A stretch of DNA of 11,578 nucleotides from an uncultured Bacilli bacterium (lineage in GTDB: Bacteria; Bacillota_I; Bacilli_A; RF39; UBA660). The translations under genes were made by a program, and so were the position numbers. Shown here in pieces: positions 6,209 through 11,578 of the stretch. The notes below the pieces were generated by a model. The model did no database searches and was not told the origin of the DNA. It was given only the letters and a program-made list of their open reading frames with translations. Every line of letters begins with the position of its first letter. Positions within the stretch are counted from its first letter, which is position 1. The stretch covers positions 1-11,578 of the forward strand of contig CANQJD010000054.1 in the NCBI GenBank assembly GCA_947624175.1. Reading direction: 5' to 3'.

Positions 6209-7426
6209 ATGGTAAAATTAAAAGATGCAAAGTGCCCAAATTGTGGTGCAAATATTGAAGTAAATGATAAATTGGAGAAATCTATTTGTCAATATTGTGG
6301 TAGTACGGTTATGGTTGATGAAGCCATTGAAAAGTATAAGTTAGAAATAAGTGGTAAGGTTGAAGTTGAAGGTATTAAGGGTAGAAGTAGTAAGATAAAA
6401 CAAGCTATTAAACATAAAAAATTAAAAGAATATGATAAAGCAACAAAAATTTTAAAAGAAGTTATTGCTGATGATGAATTTGATATTGAGGCTTTAGCTG
6501 AACTTGTTAAATTAGATATTGATATTATTGAAAATAGTGATTTTGATGAAAATCTTGATAGTAGACAAAGTGATGAAAAAAGTTTCTTATTAATAGATGA
6601 AATTATTAATACTTATAATCGTATTAGTGATATTGATGAAAGTGAAGGGGAAACTTATGATATGTTAGATGGATATCATGAGAAAGTTACTCATTACTGT
6701 GATGTTGCTAATAAATTGATTGATGACAATGAATCATTAGATAAATATCTTGAAAAATTAAATGATGATTATGATATAGTTAGTAAAATAAGTGATAAAG
6801 CAGCCGAAGAATGGTGTAAGGAATTATCTCAAAGAATGCATTTGGCAGACTTTAATAACTATTATAAAGTTAGGTATCGTCAGCCAGGGGCTACTGGATT
6901 TAGTTGGTATCGTTTATCAAGTTTCAAAGAAATTGCTAGAAATGGAATTATAGAAAGTCATTATAGTTGGATACATGATGGAGAATATGGTAATCCTTCA
7001 ATAGCTGATTTATGGATAAAACCAGAGCCTGATAAAGAGTTTAAAAGCCTTGATGAAGTTAAAAAAGCATTGGATGGCTTCTTAGAATATTCAAATGAAT
7101 ATGTTGAAGAAAATTCAAAATCTAAAAATAGTGAAATAGATAAAGCAAATAGAAAGTTAGATAGACAAAATACTGTAATTGATGCTAAAATAAAAATGAA
7201 ATATGTTAAAATTGGAGTTATGGCATTTATAATACTATGTATGGTAATTTGGTCTATTTCAATATTAGTAAAAAGTTTTGTTGGATTTATTGCTTTTGTT
7301 ATCTTGGTTGATTCTTGGGCTATATCTTTACCATTTATGTCTATTCAAGATACGTTATATGATATAAAGGGTAAGAAGAGAGAAAAAGAAATAAATAAAA
7401 GTAGTAAAAGAGATCATGTTAAATAA
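6209..7426 (+). CDS. Zinc-ribbon protein with an acidic central region and two C-terminal transmembrane helices. YdjG-like.
   Basis: RBS AGGAG at 6196-6200. N-terminal CPNCG...CQYCG (about 6236-6302). An Asp/Glu-rich central part. C-terminal hydrophobic stretches VMAFIILCMVIWSISILV and FVGFIAFVILVDSWAISLPF. Confidence 0.7.
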   Translation: MVKLKDAKCPNCGANIEVNDKLEKSICQYCGSTVMVDEAIEKYKLEISGKVEVEGIKGRSSKIKQAIKHKKLKEYDKATKILKEVIADDEFDIEALAELVKLDIDIIENSDFDENLDSRQSDEKSFLLIDEIINTYNRISDIDESEGETYDMLDGYHEKVTHYCDVANKLIDDNESLDKYLEKLNDDYDIVSKISDKAAEEWCKELSQRMHLADFNNYYKVRYRQPGATGFSWYRLSSFKEIARNGIIESHYSWIHDGEYGNPSIADLWIKPEPDKEFKSLDEVKKALDGFLEYSNEYVEENSKSKNSEIDKANRKLDRQNTVIDAKIKMKYVKIGVMAFIILCMVIWSISILVKSFVGFIAFVILVDSWAISLPFMSIQDTLYDIKGKKREKEINKSSKRDHVK

Positions 7427-7449
7427 TTAAATAAGATATTAAAAATAGG

Positions 7450-7479
7450 GAATGATGAAGATTTTATCATTCTTTTTTT
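7450..7479 (+). terminator. Rho-independent terminator ending the 5-gene operon
   Basis: Stem GAATGAT (7450-7456), a 9-nt loop, stem ATCATTC (7466-7472), then T7 (7473-7479). It lies 24 nt after the last stop codon. Confidence 0.75.
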
Positions 7480-7483
7480 GACT

Positions 7484-7512
7484 AAAAAAATAAGACATAT
7501 AAAAGATGTCTT
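7484..7512 (-). terminator. Minus-strand rho-independent terminator (palindrome AAGACAT-N7-ATGTCTT plus a U-tract)
   Basis: Perfect 7-bp inverted repeat at 7492-7512. Read on the minus strand it is followed by U7 (the A-run at +7484-7490). Together with 7450-7479 it forms a back-to-back terminator pair. Confidence 0.45.
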
Positions 7513-7560
7513 GTTAAATTTATATAAAGTAAATACTAAAATTTAGACCATAACTATACA
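7484..7560 (-). ncRNA. Candidate ~75-nt small RNA or orphan transcript. It starts from the duplicated promoter and ends at the minus-strand terminator.
   Basis: A promoter copy at 7567-7595 (minus strand), a predicted start near 7560, and a terminator at 7484-7512. The only internal ORF is AUG GUC UAA, so it is not a coding sequence. Confidence 0.25.
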
Positions 7561-7597
7561 TTAAGAATTATAACAAAGAAAGTTTGTAAAATCAACT
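7561..7597. repeat. Right copy of the imperfect direct repeat flanking the accessory segment
   Basis: See 229-264. There are two conserved blocks (17 and 10 nt) separated by a 10-nt divergent spacer. Confidence 0.45.
7567..7595 (-). promoter_or_regulatory. Second (orphan) copy of the tRNA-type promoter
   Basis: On the minus strand, -35 TTGATT (+7595-7590), a 17-nt spacer, and -10 TATAAT (+7572-7567). The hexamers and spacing match the tRNA promoter at 234-262. No tRNA or CDS lies downstream on that strand. Confidence 0.4.
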
Positions 7598-7697
7598 AAA
7601 AATTATCAATTTTTGAAATAAATTAATAAATTTAAAAGGTAAAAAATGGTATCTAAAAAAAATTTAAAATTTAGGTGTAAATTAAGATGTCAAAGGG

Positions 7698-7726
7698 TTG
7701 TTTTTTTCAAAAATCGTGACTATAAT
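7698..7726 (+). promoter_or_regulatory. Putative lon promoter
   Basis: -35 TTGTTT (7698-7703), a 17-nt spacer, -10 TATAAT (7721-7726) with an upstream TG. RBS GAGGAGGG at 7747-7754 and ATG at 7761. No CIRCE or CtsR operator was recognised. Confidence 0.35.
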
Positions 7727-7760
7727 AAAAAGCAAATTAAAAAAACGAGGAGGGATTATC

Positions 7761-10037
7761 ATGATAAAAACAAAATTGCCAGTCTTATTCATTAAAAATC
7801 ATGAAATCTTCCCGTATTCTGATACAAAAATTGAATTTTCCGATACCAATTTAAAGAAAACGATCTCTTTAGGAGAAAGTGTCTATGATAATTGTGTTTT
7901 TATCATTCATCAAAAAAGTGAAGATACATTTGAAAACTTAAATAACCTAAATTTAGGAATTATTGCTAAAATTAAACTTAAAATTGATATGCCTAATGGT
8001 AATATGCGAGTTACTTTAAGAGGATTAAAGAGAGCTATTATTGGAAGTATAAACGAAGAAGAAGGTTTATATGATGCTGATGTATCTGTGATTACTCAAG
8101 AAGAAATTGATCCTATTGAAGAAATTGCTATGTCTAGAAGTCTTTATAAAGAAATTGATAAATACGTAAAAGAGACTGATACTAATGATTTTTTAGAAGT
8201 TAAAGATATTCTTGATATTGATAAATTAACGGATATTACAACCAATTTATTACCACTTAATCATGACAGGAAACTTAAATATTTAAAAGAAATATCACCA
8301 GTTAAAAGATTAAAAATGTTACTTGATGATATTGAATATGAATTATCAATTATTGAAATTGAAAAACAAATAGATATTAAAGTTAGTAAGAAATTAGATG
8401 ACAGTCAAAAAGAATTTTATTTAAGAGAAAAGTTAGGAGTTATTAAAGAAGAATTACATGAGAATGTTGATGATTTAACATTGTTAGAAGAAAAAATTAA
8501 AAATTTAGATGCTCCTCAAAGAATAAAAGAAAGATTAGGAATTGAATTAAATCGTTTTAAAACATCTCCTTCAAATTCACCAGAAATTGGCATAATTAGA
8601 AACTATATTGATATATTATTAAATTTACCTTGGAATGTTTCAACTTCGGAAAATTTTGATATCGATAAAATTAAAGAAACTTTAGAAAAAAGTCATTTCG
8701 GACTAGAGGAGACCAAGAGTAGAATAATCGAACATATTATGGTTAAACATTACACGGAAAGAGAAAATGTCCCAATTCTTTGTTTAGTTGGACCACCAGG
8801 GGTTGGTAAAACTAGTATTGCGAGAAGTATTGCTAAGGCCTTAAATTTAAAGTGTGTTAAGATATCAGTTGGTGGAGTTAATGATGAAGCTGAAATAATT
8901 GGACATAGAAGAACCTATGTTGGAGCAGCCCCTGGTCGGATTATGTCTGGTATTTCCAAAGTTGGAGTTAATAATCCGGTTTTCATTATTGATGAAGTTG
9001 ATAAAATGACCAAAGATTTTAAAGGAGACCCAGTAAGTGCTTTACTTGAAGTTTTAGATAAAGGCCAAAATAGTAGATTTGTTGACCACTTTATTGATGA
9101 AGAATTTGATTTATCAAAAGTTATGTTTATTTTAACTGCTAACTATATTGATTTAGTACCTGCAGAACTAAGAGATAGAATGGAAATAATTGAAGTTCCT
9201 AGTTATAGTGAATATGAAAAGATTAAAATTGCGAAAGAACATATTATCCCTAAATTAATGGAAGAATATAAAATAGCTAATGAAGAAGTAAATATAACTT
9301 CCAAAACTTTAACCAATATTATTAGATATTATACCCATGAAAGTGGAGTTCGAGAATTAGAAAGAGTTTTAGATAAGGTTTATAGAAAGTATGTTGTTAG
9401 TAAACTTGAAAAGAAAGTACCCCTTGATCCTAATAAAAAATTAGAATTAATTTTAGGTATTCATAAGTATCAAATAAATCAAAATACAAGAAACAACAAA
9501 GGAGTAGTAACCGGTCTTTCTTATACTCCATATGGGGGAGATATTGTAAAAGTTGAAGTTATTTCTTATCCAGGGGACGGGAACATTAAAGTAACGGGTC
9601 AAGTTGGAGATGTAATGGAAGAATCAATTAAAGTTGCTTTTGACTATATTAAAGGAAATTATAAAAACTTTAATTTGAATATTGATGAAATAAGACATAA
9701 TGATTTCCATATTCATATTCCATCAAATGCTATTAAAAAAGATGGACCAAGTGGTGGTATCACGATTACAACGGCCTTACTTTCTTATCTTAAAAATGTT
9801 ATTATCACGAATACAATCTCGATGTCTGGTGAGATTACTTTAACTGGTAAGATCCTTAAAGTTGGAGGTATTAAAGAAAAATTAATTGCAGCGATTAACA
9901 ACAACATCGATGTTATTTATATGCCACTTGCCAATAAGTCAGAAATTGAAAAGTTAGAATATATTTATAAAAATAAGTTAGATATTAACTATATTGATAA
10001 TTATCAAGAATTATATGATATTTTAATTGCCCCATAG
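7761..10037 (+). CDS. lon: ATP-dependent Lon protease (LonA type)
   Basis: The start is ATG 7761 with a strong SD. The ORF track starts at an upstream in-frame ATG at 7698 that lacks an RBS. The Lon N-terminal domain begins KLPVLFIKNHEIFPY. AAA+ Walker A GPPGVGKTS (8791-8817) and Walker B FIIDEVDK. Protease dyad DGPSGG (Ser codon 9750-9752) and TGKILKVGGIKEK (Lys). Confidence 0.95.
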   Translation: MIKTKLPVLFIKNHEIFPYSDTKIEFSDTNLKKTISLGESVYDNCVFIIHQKSEDTFENLNNLNLGIIAKIKLKIDMPNGNMRVTLRGLKRAIIGSINEEEGLYDADVSVITQEEIDPIEEIAMSRSLYKEIDKYVKETDTNDFLEVKDILDIDKLTDITTNLLPLNHDRKLKYLKEISPVKRLKMLLDDIEYELSIIEIEKQIDIKVSKKLDDSQKEFYLREKLGVIKEELHENVDDLTLLEEKIKNLDAPQRIKERLGIELNRFKTSPSNSPEIGIIRNYIDILLNLPWNVSTSENFDIDKIKETLEKSHFGLEETKSRIIEHIMVKHYTERENVPILCLVGPPGVGKTSIARSIAKALNLKCVKISVGGVNDEAEIIGHRRTYVGAAPGRIMSGISKVGVNNPVFIIDEVDKMTKDFKGDPVSALLEVLDKGQNSRFVDHFIDEEFDLSKVMFILTANYIDLVPAELRDRMEIIEVPSYSEYEKIKIAKEHIIPKLMEEYKIANEEVNITSKTLTNIIRYYTHESGVRELERVLDKVYRKYVVSKLEKKVPLDPNKKLELILGIHKYQINQNTRNNKGVVTGLSYTPYGGDIVKVEVISYPGDGNIKVTGQVGDVMEESIKVAFDYIKGNYKNFNLNIDEIRHNDFHIHIPSNAIKKDGPSGGITITTALLSYLKNVIITNTISMSGEITLTGKILKVGGIKEKLIAAINNNIDVIYMPLANKSEIEKLEYIYKNKLDINYIDNYQELYDILIAP

Positions 10038-10069
10038 GAAAAATATAATGTCAAAAAATGTTTAAGCCT

Positions 10070-10098
10070 TTGAAAAAGTTTCTAAAAGTTGTTATAAT
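10070..10098 (+). promoter_or_regulatory. mutS promoter
   Basis: -35 TTGAAA (10070-10075), a 17-nt spacer, and an extended -10 TGtTATAAT (10090-10098). RBS AAGGTG at 10114-10119 and ATG at 10125. Confidence 0.5.
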
Positions 10099-10124
10099 TG
10101 AGATTAGTGAAGTAAGGTGTAAAA

Positions 10125-11578
10125 ATGAAGAGAAGTGAAGTAGATAGAACAAAATTAGCTCCAATGATGGCTAAATATATGGAAATTAAAGATAATTACG
10201 AAGATACATTAATCTTCTTTCGATTAGGGGACTTTTATGAAATGTTTTTTGAAGATGCAGAAATTGCAAGCAGAGAATTGAGTCTTACTTTAACGGGTAG
10301 AAATGCTGGACTTGATGAAAGAGTTCCAATGTGTGGTGTTCCTTATCATGCTTATCAAGGATATGTTTCAAAACTTATTGAAAAAGGTTATAAAGTTGCT
10401 ATCTGTGAACAATTGACAGATCCTAAAGAATCTAAAGGAATGGTTGAACGAGATATTGTGCAGGTAATTACAAAAGGAACGGTTTTAGACAACTTGAATT
10501 TTGCCAATGATAATAATTATATAGCAAGTATCTATGACTTTTCTTATTGTTATGCCTTAACCTATGCTGATATTTCAACGGGTGATATTTATTCCATGTT
10601 AATAAGTGATTTAGATAGTTTATATAGAGAATTAATTAATCATAATATTAAAGAAGTTATTGTTAATGATAAGATAAATAGAGAAATACTTTATAATTTA
10701 AAAACACTTTATAATATTTTAGTAACGGTAACTAATGAAGAAAAAGAATATCCTGATTATAAAGAAATCTATGAAGATATAAGTGATGTAAGACTATTAA
10801 CTTCGATTAAACATTTATTAACTTATGTAACGGAGACTAAAAAAAGTAGTTTAAAGTATTTAAAGAAAGTTATTATTAATAAAGAAGAAGATCATTTATT
10901 ATTTGATTTTCATACGAAAAAGAATTTAGAGTTAACGGAGACGATAAGAGATAATACAAGAAATAATTCTCTTTTATGGTTTTTAGATAAAACCAAAACC
11001 GCAATGGGAAGTAGATTATTAAAACAAAATTTATTATCTCCATTTACGGATATTAAAATAATTGAAAGACGATTTGATTATATTGAAAAACTTTTAACCA
11101 ATTTTATTACTAAAGAAAACTTAAGTAATTATTTAAATGATATTTATGATTTAGAAAGATTAATTGGGCGTATTAGTTATGGAAATTTAAATGCAAGAGA
11201 TATGTATCAATTATTAAAGTCTTTAAAAATGTTACCAAATATTAAAGAAGAACTCAAGAATATTGAATATGATAAGGAACTTAAAACTTTAGATAATATT
11301 GTTGAAATATTAGAAAAAAGTATTAATCCTGATGCCCCTTTAACTTTAAAAGAAGGAAATTTAATTAAAGATGGTTATAATCCGGAGTTAGATGAACTAA
11401 GAAGTATCAAGAATAATAGCAAAGACTTTATTTTAAGACAAGAAGAAGAAGAGAGAAAGCGAACCGGAATTAAAAATTTAAAGATTGGTTATAATAAAGT
11501 ATTTGGTTATTATATTGAAGTAAGTAAAATGAGTGTTCCTTTAGTTAAAGATGAATTTGGTTATATTAGAAAACAAAC
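10125..11578 (+). CDS. mutS: DNA mismatch repair protein MutS, 5' portion (about 484 aa). It continues past the window end.
   Basis: The N-terminus MKRSEVDRTKLAPMMAKYMEIKDNYEDTLIFFRLGDFYEMFFEDA carries the mismatch-binding GxFxE motif. Connector and core domains follow. There is no stop before 11578, which is why the ORF track does not list it. Confidence 0.95.
   Translation, partial: MKRSEVDRTKLAPMMAKYMEIKDNYEDTLIFFRLGDFYEMFFEDAEIASRELSLTLTGRNAGLDERVPMCGVPYHAYQGYVSKLIEKGYKVAICEQLTDPKESKGMVERDIVQVITKGTVLDNLNFANDNNYIASIYDFSYCYALTYADISTGDIYSMLISDLDSLYRELINHNIKEVIVNDKINREILYNLKTLYNILVTVTNEEKEYPDYKEIYEDISDVRLLTSIKHLLTYVTETKKSSLKYLKKVIINKEEDHLLFDFHTKKNLELTETIRDNTRNNSLLWFLDKTKTAMGSRLLKQNLLSPFTDIKIIERRFDYIEKLLTNFITKENLSNYLNDIYDLERLIGRISYGNLNARDMYQLLKSLKMLPNIKEELKNIEYDKELKTLDNIVEILEKSINPDAPLTLKEGNLIKDGYNPELDELRSIKNNSKDFILRQEEEERKRTGIKNLKIGYNKVFGYYIEVSKMSVPLVKDEFGYIRKQ

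Noticed and set aside
7490-7760. Search for CIRCE (TTAGCACTC-N9-GAGTGCTAA) or a CtsR heptad repeat upstream of lon
   Set aside because: There is only a single degenerate GTCAAAG heptad at about 7697-7703. No convincing operator was found by eye.
7646-7798. Small basic ORF (about 50 aa, MVSKKNLKFRCKLRC...) overlapping the lon start in another frame
   Set aside because: It has a weak RBS, its composition is driven by AT-rich sequence, and it overlaps the lon promoter and RBS. It is probably spurious.
1-11578. CRISPR arrays, IS elements with terminal inverted repeats plus transposase, rRNA, riboswitch or T-box leaders
   Set aside because: No regularly spaced direct repeats, transposase-like ORFs or conserved leader motifs were seen. 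A third copy of the 21-bp inverted repeat was not found by eye, but the scan was not exhaustive.

Overview
This is a very AT-rich window using the standard genetic code: Trp is TGG, the long ORFs have no in-frame TGA, and all stops are TAA or TAG. The tRNA-Cys is Bacillus-like, so the source is probably a low-GC Bacillota or Acholeplasma-like organism. It is not Mycoplasma or Spiroplasma.

Layout from left to right:
- Positions 1-262 hold a minus-strand tRNA operon. It runs promoter, tRNA-Cys(GCA), tRNA-Gly(GCC), terminator.
- Positions ~229-7597 hold an accessory segment. It looks compositionally AT-richer than the flanking lon and mutS genes. It is bounded by an imperfect ~36-48 bp direct repeat that copies the tRNA promoter.
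- The left end of that segment carries a tyrosine recombinase gene (531-1478). The gene sits inside a cassette bounded by perfect 21-bp inverted repeats (364-384 and 1483-1503).
- Directly after the right inverted repeat comes a tightly packed 5-gene operon (1521-7426). It encodes an 886-aa FtsK/HerA/VirB4-superfamily P-loop ATPase with an unrecognised ~400-aa N-terminal region. A 73-aa highly acidic protein is translationally coupled to the ATPase. The next gene encodes an SPFH/Band-7 (Band_7_1, YdjI-like) protein with a Gly/Met/Ala-rich linker and two C-terminal zinc ribbons. Then come a YdjH-like polytopic membrane protein and a YdjG-like protein with an N-terminal zinc ribbon and C-terminal transmembrane helices. 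A strong terminator at 7450-7479 ends the operon.
- At the right junction (7484-7595) an orphan copy of the tRNA promoter plus a minus-strand terminator define a possible ~75-nt small RNA.
- The core genes follow: lon (7761-10037) and the 5' 1.45 kb of mutS (10125 to the window end), each with a recognisable sigma-70-type promoter.

The most interesting hypothesis is a recombinase-in-cassette inversion switch that gates an uncharacterised ATPase plus SPFH and zinc-ribbon membrane module. That module resembles a PspA-less YdjGHI set and is plausibly a novel defence or envelope-stress system. The hypothesis is hin-like in architecture but uses a tyrosine recombinase. All family assignments are from motif reading and memory. 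No database search was run.
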